NCBI GenBank assembly: GCA_030148085.1 | Contig: JASBUF010000069.1 | Location: forward strand, 4,924-68,923 | Source: Methylophaga sp. | Lineage (GTDB): Bacteria > Pseudomonadota > Gammaproteobacteria > Nitrosococcales > Methylophagaceae | Direction of reading: 5' to 3' | DNA: 64,000 bases | Part shown: one piece after another, positions 19,020 through 28,514 of the stretch | Layout: each line of letters begins with the position of its first letter | Position numbering within the stretch: position 1 is the stretch's first letter | Position numbers and translations under genes: made by a program | The notes under the pieces: model-generated | The model's input: only the letters and a program-made list of their open reading frames with translations | What the model was told of the DNA's origin: nothing | Database searches by the model: none

Positions 19020-21726
19020 ATGCCTGCTGTTTCCGACGTAACAGCCACTTTTCTGCTTCTACCAGCCACAATATGGATGATGCGACCAACACTATCTGCA
19101 ACCAACTCTGTAGGCTGAGTGCCGCGCTGCCAAATAAAAACTGCATCGGCGTCAGATAGGTAAAGCCAAGCTGGAACAGAACAAGAGCCAGCACAGCAAG
19201 TAAGGCAATTCGGTTTCCCATAAAGCCGGTTCGATTCAGCACTGACTCCGTCATAAAGCGGGTATTAAACAGATAGAACACCTCAAACATCACCAGCGTA
19301 TTTACAGCAACCGTGCGCGCATACTCGAGGCTTTGCCCAGCATTTAAATGCCACAGGAATAAAGCGAAGCTCCCCAACATCATCACCGCCGAAACAAATG
19401 CGACTCGCCTTATTAAGCCTGCTGTCAGCAATGGTGATTGCTGTGCCCTCGGCCTGCGTTGCATCAGACCTGATTCACCCGGTTCAAACGCCAGTGCCAA
19501 ACCGAGCGTCACCGCGGTAATCATATTGACCCAGAGGATCTGCACCGGCGTAATGGGTAGCACCACTCCCATCAGAATGGCGGCAATAATAATCAATGCT
19601 TCACCGGCACTGGTCGGGAGTAAAAACAGGATCGCCTTGGTCAGGTTATCGTAAACAACCCGTCCCTCCTCGACTGCATCGACTATCGAGGCAAAGTTAT
19701 CATCAGCCAGCACCATATCCGCAGCGTCACGTGCGACCTCCGTACCGTTCAAGCCCATTGCTGTACCAATATCAGCACGCTTCAATGCTGGCGCATCATT
19801 CACACCATCGCCAGTCATCGCCACCACTTCGCCATTATCCTGTAGTGCTCTGACCAGCCTCAGCTTGTGTTCCGGTGTGGCTCTGGCGAACACCGATTTT
19901 TCGTAAACGACCTGCTTAAGTGCATGATCATCTAATTGTTCGAGGTCGCTCCCGCTGATAACCATCGACGGCATTCCCATCTTCTCGGCAATTGCCGCCG
20001 CGGTATCACTGTGGTCACCGGTGATCATCTTGATCTGGATACCCGCTGCCTGACAGCTTTTCACTGCGGCAACGGCGTCATCTCGCGGTGGGTCCATCAT
20101 GGCGACCAGCCCGATAAGTGTCAGGCCTTGCTGAACATCCTTAAAATCCAGAGCCTGTCTATGCTCAGCAAAATCCAACCTTGCCAAGGCCAGCACACGT
20201 TGCCCTTTTGATGCCAGTTTGAACACTTGCTGCTGCCAGAACGCCAGATCGAGCCTTTCTTCATCTTGCTGGGCATGACACATAGCCAGAACACGTTCCG
20301 GCGCACCTTTGAGATAGCAGAAGTAGTGACCTTCATGATCGTGATGTAAGGTCGCCATAAACTGATGCTCTGACTCAAACGGAATAACATCTAACCGTGG
20401 TCTGGCCTCGTGTTCAAAGTCACTGTTCAGTCCTGATTTATTCGCCAGAGTGATTAGCGCACCTTCGGTAGGGTCACCCTGACACTGCCATTGACCTTGT
20501 TGCTCAAGCAGTCTCGCATCATTACAGAGCAGACCAGCACGAATCAGATTCAACAGAGCAGCGTCATTATCAGGATCGATAGTGCTGCCATCGCGACTGA
20601 TTTCACCATGCGGGTCATAACCGCTGCCACTGACGTGATATTGCCCCTCTGGCGTCACCAGTTCAGTCACCGTCATTTCATTATGGGTCAATGTCCCGGT
20701 TTTATCGGTGCATATGACGGTGACAGAGCCCAGCGTCTCAACCGCTGGCAATCTGCGTATGATCGCTTTTCTTGCTGCCATTTTCTGCACACCGATAGCG
20801 AGCGTAATCGTCATGATCGCCGGCAACCCCTCGGGAATGGCTGCCACCGCGACACTGACCGCCGCGATAAACATACTACTCATTGAAAACTGGTGAGCCA
20901 GAATACCTACCAGCATGGTCAGCAAGGCCACCATCACGATCATCAGGCTGAGCTGCTGACTGAAGCTGGCCATCTGCCTTAATAACGGTGTAGTCAGTTT
21001 GGGCACTGCTGCTAATAGACTACTGATTCTGCCCAGTTCGGTATCCGCCGCTGTCGCAATAACAACGCCAGTTCCCTGACCAAAGGTCACCAGCGTGCCT
21101 GAGTAGAGCATACAGCTTCTGTCAGACAGTAATGTGGCAAGCGGGACGGCTGAGGCTGTCTTGCTAACAGGCATCGACTCACCTGTCAGAATAGCCTCCT
21201 GTAGCTGTAGATTTTTTGCACGAAGCAGGCGAATATCCGCAGGTACTTTATCCCCGGCTTGAAGAAAAACCACATCGCCGGGCACCAACATTTGAGCTGA
21301 AACCTGGGTTTTGAGCCCATCACGCATGACCAGGGCCTGTGAACTCAACATCCGGCTCAAAGCACTGATGGCATCTTCAGCCTTGCCTTCCTGAACCATA
21401 CCGATCAGGGCATTTATCAGTACGACGCCGAGAATGACACCGCCATCCACCCAGTGCCCAAGTGAGAGCACAATCAACGCAGAAGCCAGCAATACATAAA
21501 TCAGTACGTTATGACATTGCGACAGAAAACGTTGCCATGGGCTTTTGCCTGCGGCTTGCCGCAACGTGTTAGCACCGTATTCTGCCAGCCGTTGATGAGA
21601 TTGAGTTGATGACAAGCCCTGTTCGCTGCTATCCAGCAGCGTCAAAACCTCAGCCTCAGCCTTTGCATGCCAGGCCATGTCAGAAATGGCTGGCTGAGCA
21701 GAAGGTGTGGGCTGAGTGTTGACCAT
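19018..21726 (-). CDS. Cation-transporting P-type ATPase (P2-type, CtpF/PacL-like)
   Basis: TGES, PEGLP, DKTGTLT, KGAPE and GDGVNDAP motifs; 10-TM layout. Confidence 0.92.
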   Translation of the reverse strand: MVNTQPTPSAQPAISDMAWHAKAEAEVLTLLDSSEQGLSSTQSHQRLAEYGANTLRQAAGKSPWQRFLSQCHNVLIYVLLASALIVLSLGHWVDGGVILGVVLINALIGMVQEGKAEDAISALSRMLSSQALVMRDGLKTQVSAQMLVPGDVVFLQAGDKVPADIRLLRAKNLQLQEAILTGESMPVSKTASAVPLATLLSDRSCMLYSGTLVTFGQGTGVVIATAADTELGRISSLLAAVPKLTTPLLRQMASFSQQLSLMIVMVALLTMLVGILAHQFSMSSMFIAAVSVAVAAIPEGLPAIMTITLAIGVQKMAARKAIIRRLPAVETLGSVTVICTDKTGTLTHNEMTVTELVTPEGQYHVSGSGYDPHGEISRDGSTIDPDNDAALLNLIRAGLLCNDARLLEQQGQWQCQGDPTEGALITLANKSGLNSDFEHEARPRLDVIPFESEHQFMATLHHDHEGHYFCYLKGAPERVLAMCHAQQDEERLDLAFWQQQVFKLASKGQRVLALARLDFAEHRQALDFKDVQQGLTLIGLVAMMDPPRDDAVAAVKSCQAAGIQIKMITGDHSDTAAAIAEKMGMPSMVISGSDLEQLDDHALKQVVYEKSVFARATPEHKLRLVRALQDNGEVVAMTGDGVNDAPALKRADIGTAMGLNGTEVARDAADMVLADDNFASIVDAVEEGRVVYDNLTKAILFLLPTSAGEALIIIAAILMGVVLPITPVQILWVNMITAVTLGLALAFEPGESGLMQRRPRAQQSPLLTAGLIRRVAFVSAVMMLGSFALFLWHLNAGQSLEYARTVAVNTLVMFEVFYLFNTRFMTESVLNRTGFMGNRIALLAVLALVLFQLGFTYLTPMQFLFGSAALSLQSWLQIVLVASSILWLVEAEKWLLRRKQQA

Positions 21727-22613
21727 CAGGTCATCGCTTGTCCAAGGCGGATGGGCTTACCCGCTTGCCATACGCTATCAAAGCTCGGCATCCCCGGTGG
21801 TAACAGTAAGACCACGGTTGATCCCATATTGAAGCGGCCCATTTCCTCACCCTTGTTCAGCGTGAGCGCCTGATCGCCCTGATACTGCCAATCTTGAATC
21901 GCTTTTCCATACGGTGGCGTGATCTGTCCCGCCCAGACCGTTTCCATACTGCCAACAAAAATCGCACCTACCAGCACCTGCACTACAGGGCCGTAAGCCG
22001 TTTCAAACACGGTCACTACCCGTTCATTGCGGGCAAACAATCCCGGTACGGCGCGCGCGGTACGCTGATTGACCGAAAACAACTTACCCGGCACATAGCG
22101 CATCGCTGTCAATTTTCCGCTAAGCGGCATATGAATCCGGTGATAGTCGCGCGGTGACAAATAAATCGTTGCGAACTGGCCTTGCTCAAACTGCTTCGCC
22201 AAAGCATCATCACCGCCCAGCAGTTCGACTACCGAGTAGTCATGGCCCTTTGCCTGAATAATTCGACCTTGTGAAATCGGCCCCAGTTGACTAATAGCAC
22301 CATCGACTGGCGAAGCGACGACTGCGTCCCCTTCTGCAATGGGACGAATGCCGTCACGCAATTGACGGGTAAAAAAGGCATTAAAGCTCGGATAATCGTC
22401 CAGATTGGCAGATGCTGCTTCACTGATATCAACCTTGAACTTCCAGCTGATAAAACGGATAAAGGTGTTCTTGAACCACTTCACCTGACTACGTGTTAGG
22501 CGATGCATCAACACCGACAGTGTATGTTGTGGAAGTAGGTACTGTGGCCAAGTCAACACCCGATCCATCAGGCTGCAAGCACGATTATCCTGTGTCTTTG
22601 TGTGCTCAGTCAC
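21726..22613 (-). CDS. psd: Phosphatidylserine decarboxylase proenzyme
   Basis: FNAFFTR, YLSPRDYHRIH, LFARNER and GRFNMGSTV self-cleavage motif. Confidence 0.94.
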   Translation of the reverse strand: MTEHTKTQDNRACSLMDRVLTWPQYLLPQHTLSVLMHRLTRSQVKWFKNTFIRFISWKFKVDISEAASANLDDYPSFNAFFTRQLRDGIRPIAEGDAVVASPVDGAISQLGPISQGRIIQAKGHDYSVVELLGGDDALAKQFEQGQFATIYLSPRDYHRIHMPLSGKLTAMRYVPGKLFSVNQRTARAVPGLFARNERVVTVFETAYGPVVQVLVGAIFVGSMETVWAGQITPPYGKAIQDWQYQGDQALTLNKGEEMGRFNMGSTVVLLLPPGMPSFDSVWQAGKPIRLGQAMT

Positions 22614-22700
22614 GTTATCTCCTCTTTAACCTGTAGTTCAAGCTTGTCATAATCGCTCTCATTATCGTTGTTAAGCGCAAAAACGGGAGTATATCAAGCA

Positions 22701-23114
22701 ATGACCAAGCTGCTCACTTCAATCCTGATGGTATTCAGTCTGCTCACGTCTCTGTCGTCGCTGGCAGCCGAATCATCAGAAGGTGGTCTTCTCAGTCCTT
22801 ACTATCAAATCACCGAGCCATTTACCATCAACTTTGCGACTCAAAGCCAGCAGAAAGTGCGTTTTCTACAGATTAAAGTGGCACTCAAATCGCATGATGA
22901 AGCCATCATCCAAAGTGCAGAAGTGAACTTACCGATGATTCAGGATGCGTTACGGGTTCTATTCACTGATCAAAACTACCAAACCGTCAGCACCGTGGCC
23001 GGTCGACAACAACTGCAACAGCAGGCGCTGGATAGAGTGCGTCAGTTACTGGTCGAGGAAACAGGTAATGATGGTCTCGAACAGGTCTACTTCACCCGTT
23101 TTATTTTGCAGTAA
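22701..23114 (+). CDS. fliL: FliL family protein, first paralogue
   Basis: PFTINF, RFLQIKV and C-terminal VYFTRFILQ; N-terminal signal-peptide-like segment. Confidence 0.8.
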   Translation: MTKLLTSILMVFSLLTSLSSLAAESSEGGLLSPYYQITEPFTINFATQSQQKVRFLQIKVALKSHDEAIIQSAEVNLPMIQDALRVLFTDQNYQTVSTVAGRQQLQQQALDRVRQLLVEETGNDGLEQVYFTRFILQ

Positions 23115-23130
23115 CGGCACAATACTTGCT
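23115..23130 (+). promoter_or_regulatory. Sigma-54 (-24/-12) promoter of the fliL-fliM operon
   Basis: CGGCAC-AATAC-TTGCT with exact GG-N10-GC spacing, 32 nt upstream of fliL. Confidence 0.8.
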
Positions 23131-23162
23131 AAACACTTAACAACCCGTAATGGAAAACATTC

Positions 23163-23672
23163 ATGGCTGAAAAAAAAGACGATATCCAGGTCGTTGAAGA
23201 AAAGACCAACAAAACCACCAAACTGCTGGTGATTATCATCGCTGTTTTGTTGCTGGCAGTCATTGGTCTGGGTGTGTTTATGCTGATGGGGAACGGTGAT
23301 AATGACAGCAGTGCTGATGCTGAAGCCACGACCACTGTTAAGCAGCCGCCCGTCTACTTCGCCATTGAAGATCCCTTTATCGTTAATTTTTCTGAACAAA
23401 GTAACGGCGCGGTGCGCTATATGCAGGTCAAAATCAAAGTCATGGCTCGCAGTCAGGCAGTGGTTGATATGGTGAAAGAACACTTGCCAGCGGTTCAACA
23501 CGAGTTACTGATATTGTTCTACAGTCAAAAATATGACGACTTGCAAACCAGTGAAGGCAGCCAGGCTCTGCAACAAGCAAGTTTGGCGACGATTAATCAG
23601 ATCTTGAAGTCCGAGACGTCTCTGGAGGATGAGTTAGAAGCGGTGTATTTCACCAGCTTCATCATGCAATAA
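23163..23672 (+). CDS. fliL: Flagellar basal body-associated protein FliL
   Basis: Single N-terminal TM helix, PFIVNF, VYFTSFIMQ; precedes fliM. Confidence 0.9.
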   Translation: MAEKKDDIQVVEEKTNKTTKLLVIIIAVLLLAVIGLGVFMLMGNGDNDSSADAEATTTVKQPPVYFAIEDPFIVNFSEQSNGAVRYMQVKIKVMARSQAVVDMVKEHLPAVQHELLILFYSQKYDDLQTSEGSQALQQASLATINQILKSETSLEDELEAVYFTSFIMQ

Positions 23673-23674
23673 CC

Positions 23675-24697
23675 ATGGCTGTCCACGATATACTCTCACA
23701 AGATGAAGTCGACGCCCTGCTCAACGGCATGGGCGATGGCGACATAGAAACCAGTTCCGCGCAAGCTGACGACAACGGCGAAGCTCGCTCCTACGACTTC
23801 GGCAATGAAGAACGCATCATTCGCGGTCGCATGCCGACCTTGGAAATGATCAACGAGCGTTTTGCCCGTTACACCCGCATCAGCTTATTCAATATGCTGC
23901 GACGTTCTGCCGAAATCTCCGTTGGCGGTGTGCAGGTGATGAAGTTCTCCGAATACGTTCATACCCTGTTTGTACCGACCAGCCTCAACCTGATTCACCT
24001 TCACCCTTTACGCGGCACTGGGCTTATCGTTCTCGAACCCAAGCTGGTGTTTACCATTCTTGATAACTACTTTGGCGGTGAAGGTCGTTTTCAGGCCCGT
24101 ATTGAAGGCCGTGAATTTACGGCCACCGAACTGCGTGTCATCCGCATGGTGCTGAACCTGTGCTTCAAGGATTTAACCGAAGCCTGGTCACCGGTGATGG
24201 AAGTGGACTTCGAATTCGTGAGTCATGAAGTCAATCCACAGTTTGCCAATATCGTTAGCCCCAGCGAGGTGGTGGTGATTTCCACCTTCCATGTCGAACT
24301 GGACGGCGGCGGCGGTGATATTCATGTGACGTTCCCCTACTCCATGCTGGAACCTATCCGTGAACTGCTGGATACCGGCTTGCAAAGTGACCGTTCCATG
24401 GATGACGGCCGCTGGGCCAAAGCCCTGCGCGAAGAAATCAAGATTGCCGAAGTCGAGCTATGGGCAAACCTGGCACAAACCACCTTGAGCGTCGATCAAC
24501 TGCTTAAACTTAAACCCGGTGACATCATTCCTATCGACATGCCCAAACAGGTCGTGACGATGGTCGAGGATGTGCCAATGTTCCGCGCCACCTATGGTGA
24601 GCACAACGACAAAGCCGCATTAAAAATTCAACAGATGATCGAACATCCCAAAGATCACACACCGAGCTACCAGCTGAAAAAAGGTAAGAAGCAATGA
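23675..24697 (+). CDS. fliM: Flagellar motor switch protein FliM
   Basis: ILSQDEVDALL CheY-binding peptide, RGRMPTLEMINERFAR, YFGG. Confidence 0.96.
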   Translation: MAVHDILSQDEVDALLNGMGDGDIETSSAQADDNGEARSYDFGNEERIIRGRMPTLEMINERFARYTRISLFNMLRRSAEISVGGVQVMKFSEYVHTLFVPTSLNLIHLHPLRGTGLIVLEPKLVFTILDNYFGGEGRFQARIEGREFTATELRVIRMVLNLCFKDLTEAWSPVMEVDFEFVSHEVNPQFANIVSPSEVVVISTFHVELDGGGGDIHVTFPYSMLEPIRELLDTGLQSDRSMDDGRWAKALREEIKIAEVELWANLAQTTLSVDQLLKLKPGDIIPIDMPKQVVTMVEDVPMFRATYGEHNDKAALKIQQMIEHPKDHTPSYQLKKGKKQ

Positions 24698-25161
24698 GTG
24701 AAGATACCCAACAAAAAGATCAGGATCTGGCTGACGAATGGGCTGCCGCGCTGGAAGAACAAGGCGACGACGCCAGTGCCGAGGAGAACGATCCCTGGGC
24801 AGAAGCTTTGGAAGAACAGGCTGCCGCTGAAGCGCAACAGCAGAAGGCTAATCCAGCCCCGGTTGCCAAACTTGATGATGATGGCAGAACGACACGCAGT
24901 GACGTCGATCTGGATATGGTCATGGACATCCCGGTGACCATCTCGATGGAGATCGGTCGTACCCGCATTAGCATTCGTAACCTGCTGCAATTGAGTCAGG
25001 GCTCAGTGGTCGAACTGGACCGTCTAGCTGGTGAGCCGATGGATGTATTGGTCAATGACACCCTTATCGCTCATGGTGAAGTCGTTGTCGTCAATGACAA
25101 ATTCGGTATTCGTCTGACTGATGTTATCAGTGCGGCAGAACGTATCAAGAAACTACGCTAA
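24694..25161 (+). CDS. fliN: Flagellar motor switch protein FliN
   Basis: DIPVTISMEIG, GSVVELDRLAGEP and GEVVVVNDKFGIR motifs. Confidence 0.96.
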   Translation: MSEDTQQKDQDLADEWAAALEEQGDDASAEENDPWAEALEEQAAAEAQQQKANPAPVAKLDDDGRTTRSDVDLDMVMDIPVTISMEIGRTRISIRNLLQLSQGSVVELDRLAGEPMDVLVNDTLIAHGEVVVVNDKFGIRLTDVISAAERIKKLR

Positions 25162-25589
25162 TGATGAAAACTTGGCTGCTTAGCCTCACCAGTACTCTGC
25201 TCAGTCTACCGGTTTATGCCGTTGAGCAGGCTGACACCGCGCGCACGCTGACTGAGTCCCCGGTATCCGCCATGAGTCTCTTGCAAACCTTGCTCGGACT
25301 GCTGCTGGTATTAGGTTGTATCGTGCTGGTTGGCTGGCTGTTAAAGCGCACTCACAGCTTTCATACTGCGGCTAATGGCCAACTTAAGATCATCGCCGGT
25401 CTGCCTTTGGGTACCCGTGAACGCGCCGTTTTGGTTCAGGTCGGCGACAAGCAACTGTTACTTGGTGTGACTGCTCAGCAAATCTCATTACTGCACACGC
25501 TTGAAACACCTCTGGCCACTGAGCAACCAGTACAGGGTGACTTTGCCAATAAGCTACGCCAACTGATACAGCAGGGAAAACCACACTGA
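25161..25589 (+). CDS. fliO: Flagellar biosynthesis protein FliO
   Basis: [13 protein letters not shown] and LLLGVT motifs; lies between fliN and fliP. Confidence 0.92.
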   Translation: MMKTWLLSLTSTLLSLPVYAVEQADTARTLTESPVSAMSLLQTLLGLLLVLGCIVLVGWLLKRTHSFHTAANGQLKIIAGLPLGTRERAVLVQVGDKQLLLGVTAQQISLLHTLETPLATEQPVQGDFANKLRQLIQQGKPH

Positions 25590-26323
25590 TGCGCTGGCTA
25601 GTTCTTTTCTCACTGTTATTCGCGCCACTGCTGGCTATCGGCGCTGAGGCAGGCATTCCAGCGGTTACCGTTACCGACACTGATGGTGGTCAGAGTTACA
25701 GCGTAACCCTGCAAATCCTCGCTCTGATGACCGTGCTGACGTTACTGCCAGCCGCGCTGATGATGATGACCTCGTTTACCCGCATCATTATTGTATTGGC
25801 GATTCTGCGTCAGGCGATGGGCGTACAGTCCACCCCTTCCAATCAGATCCTGATTGGTCTGGCTTTGTTCCTGACCATTTTCATCATGCATCCTGTGTTC
25901 AATAAGGCCTATGACGATGCTGTTGTGCCTTACATGGATGGCCAAATTGAATTCACGGCGGCGTTTGAACGTGCCGGTGCGCCGTTCAAGGAGTTTATGC
26001 TGGCACAGACCCGTGAAACCGATATTGAATTGTTCGCCTCTATCGGCGGCTATGCTGAAATGCAGACACCAGAAGACATCCCGTTCAGCTTGCTACTGCC
26101 ATCCTTTGTCACCAGTGAACTGAAAACAGCGTTCCAGATTGGCTTTCTGATCTTTATCCCGTTTTTGATCATCGATCTGGTCGTGGCTAGTGTGTTAATG
26201 GCCATGGGTATGATGATGTTATCACCGATGCTGATTTCACTGCCTTTCAAACTGATGCTGTTTGTGTTGATTGATGGCTGGGCCTTGTTGATGGGTACCC
26301 TTGCCTCGAGTTTTTACGTGTAG
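25589..26323 (+). CDS. fliP: Flagellar export gate protein FliP
   Basis: [20 protein letters not shown] and [15 protein letters not shown] motifs. Confidence 0.96.
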   Translation: MRWLVLFSLLFAPLLAIGAEAGIPAVTVTDTDGGQSYSVTLQILALMTVLTLLPAALMMMTSFTRIIIVLAILRQAMGVQSTPSNQILIGLALFLTIFIMHPVFNKAYDDAVVPYMDGQIEFTAAFERAGAPFKEFMLAQTRETDIELFASIGGYAEMQTPEDIPFSLLLPSFVTSELKTAFQIGFLIFIPFLIIDLVVASVLMAMGMMMLSPMLISLPFKLMLFVLIDGWALLMGTLASSFYV

Positions 26324-26329
26324 CTGCCC

Positions 26330-26599
26330 ATGACGCCGGAAACTGTTATCACCATCATGTCCCAGACCCTGCAGGTCATCAGCGTGCTGATTGCGGCCAT
26401 ACTCTTACCCGCCCTGCTTATTGGCCTGCTGGTGAGTATGTTTCAGGCTGCAACATCAATTAACGAACAAACCTTAACCTTTATTCCCAAGCTGTTTATC
26501 ACCTTGCTGGTACTCATGCTGGCAGGCCCCTGGATGCTGAGCATGCTCATCAGCTTCACCCGTCGCCTGTTTGAAGACATTCCTTTCCTGATCGGTTAA
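26330..26599 (+). CDS. fliQ: Flagellar export gate protein FliQ
   Basis: FQAATSINEQTLTFIPK. Confidence 0.96.
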   Translation: MTPETVITIMSQTLQVISVLIAAILLPALLIGLLVSMFQAATSINEQTLTFIPKLFITLLVLMLAGPWMLSMLISFTRRLFEDIPFLIG

Positions 26600-26604
26600 C
26601 GATC

Positions 26605-27378
26605 ATGGAATTCAGCGTCGCCGAGATCACCAACGCGCTGGGCACGTATCTCTGGCCCTTCTTCCGTATCGCAGCCATGGTCATGGTCGCGCCCATCTTC
26701 AGTAGTAATTTTGTCAGTGCCCGTGCCCGTCTGCTGTTGGCACTGGCTGTTGGCATGGTGGTGATTCCGACAATTCCTGCTGAGATGCCAACGGTAGAGC
26801 CGTTGAGTGCAGCTGGTCTGCTCATTATTGCCCAGCAAATCCTCATCGGTGCCTGTATGGGGTTTATGCTGCAAATGCTGTTTAATGCCTTTATCATCGC
26901 CGGTCAGATCATTGCGATGCAGATGGGTCTGGGCTTTGCGTCGATGGTTGACCCGCAGAACGGTGTGATGGTGCCGGTCATCAGTCAGTTCTACCTGATT
27001 TTTGTCACCCTGATTTTTGTCTCGATTGACGGTCACCTTATCTTGATTCAGGTCATGCATGAGAGCTTCACCGCTATGCCGGTTGGCGCCAGTGGTCTGG
27101 AACCTACCGATTTTCGTGATCTAGTCGGGCAAGCCAGTTGGATGTATGCCGCTGGTGTCATTATTGCTTTACCTGCGATAGGTTCCCTGATGATGGTCAA
27201 CCTGACATTCGGCATTCTATCGCGGGCTGCACCACAGATTAGTCCGTTCTCCATTGGTTTTCCGATGACCATCATTCTGGGCTTTATCATCATGATGATT
27301 ACCCTGCCTCTGGTTGGCGAACATCTGGTCAACTTCAGTGATCAGAGCCTGCAGATGGCACGCTTACTGGTAAGTTAA
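26605..27378 (+). CDS. fliR: Flagellar export gate protein FliR
   Basis: WPFFRI, AGQIIAMQMGLGFASMVDP and RAAPQ motifs. Confidence 0.95.
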   Translation: MEFSVAEITNALGTYLWPFFRIAAMVMVAPIFSSNFVSARARLLLALAVGMVVIPTIPAEMPTVEPLSAAGLLIIAQQILIGACMGFMLQMLFNAFIIAGQIIAMQMGLGFASMVDPQNGVMVPVISQFYLIFVTLIFVSIDGHLILIQVMHESFTAMPVGASGLEPTDFRDLVGQASWMYAAGVIIALPAIGSLMMVNLTFGILSRAAPQISPFSIGFPMTIILGFIIMMITLPLVGEHLVNFSDQSLQMARLLVS

Positions 27379-27380
27379 GC

Positions 27381-28514
27381 ATGGCTGAAGAAAGCGGACA
27401 GGAAAAAACAGAAGAGCCCACGGGCAAGCGCCTTGAAGAGGCGCGAGAAAAAGGTCAGGTTCCGCGATCGCGTGAGCTGACCACGGTATTGGTGCTGATC
27501 ATCAGTGCGGTGATGCTGTTTTTTATCGGTGAGAATATCGTTGCTGATCTCGCTGAGGTCATGAACCAATCGTTCAGTTTCACTCGCAAGGAACTGTTCG
27601 ACCCAATGGCGATGATTCATCACTTCATTCACACCATCGATATCATGCTCTGGGATCTGGGCATCTTTCTCGCTGCCACGGCGATTGCTGCTCTGGCTGC
27701 GCCGGCTTTGATTGGAGGCTGGAACTTCTCCACTCAGGCCATGGCGCCCAAGGGTGAACGAATGGACCCGATTAAAGGGCTTAAACGCATTTTTGGTCCA
27801 CAGGGTCTGATTGAACTGGCCAAGGCTCTGGGCAAATTTATTCTGATAGGCGCTATTTCCACGGCGATTCTGTGGAGCCTGCGCGACCAATTATTGACAC
27901 TCGGTCGACAGGAAGTCGAAGTGGCGATGGCCGATCTGGGTTATCTGACGTTGTGGGTGTTTCTCGCTATTACCGCCAGCTTGATCCTGATTGCTTTGAT
28001 TGATGTGCCCTTCCAGCTATGGAATCACACGCGCCAATTGCGGATGACCAAGCAGGAAGTCAAAGACGAAATGAAGAGCACTGAAGGTAGTCCTGAAGTG
28101 AAAGGGCGTATCCGCCGTATGCAGATACAGCTGTCTCAACAACGAATGATGCAGGATATTCCGACCGCTGACGTGGTTATCACCAACCCGACCCACTACG
28201 CGGTGGCACTGAAATACGATCAGGCAGGTAGCGCTGCGCCTATCGTCGTCGCCAAGGGTGCCGATCTGATTTCCCAGCAAATCCGTATGGTGGCAGAGAG
28301 TAATAACGTGCCTATCCTGTCTGCACCGCCATTAACTCGGGCGGTCTATTACTCCACCGAAATCGGCGAAGAAATTCCATCTGGTCTATATATTGCAGTG
28401 GCCCAGGTACTGGCTTTCGTATTCCAGTTACGTCGCTACCAGAAACAAGGTGGCAACAAACCACATCTGAATACGGAAGATTTGCCAATACCTGAGGAAC
28501 TGAGACGAGATTGA
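27381..28514 (+). CDS. flhB: Flagellar export switch protein FlhB
   Basis: EKTEEPT, EGSPEVK and the NPTH autocleavage site. Confidence 0.96.
   Translation: MAEESGQEKTEEPTGKRLEEAREKGQVPRSRELTTVLVLIISAVMLFFIGENIVADLAEVMNQSFSFTRKELFDPMAMIHHFIHTIDIMLWDLGIFLAATAIAALAAPALIGGWNFSTQAMAPKGERMDPIKGLKRIFGPQGLIELAKALGKFILIGAISTAILWSLRDQLLTLGRQEVEVAMADLGYLTLWVFLAITASLILIALIDVPFQLWNHTRQLRMTKQEVKDEMKSTEGSPEVKGRIRRMQIQLSQQRMMQDIPTADVVITNPTHYAVALKYDQAGSAAPIVVAKGADLISQQIRMVAESNNVPILSAPPLTRAVYYSTEIGEEIPSGLYIAVAQVLAFVFQLRRYQKQGGNKPHLNTEDLPIPEELRRD

Noticed and set aside
21815-21830. Psd cleavage motif MGST instead of LGST
   Set aside because: The Gly-Ser cleavage site is intact and the first position is known to vary.
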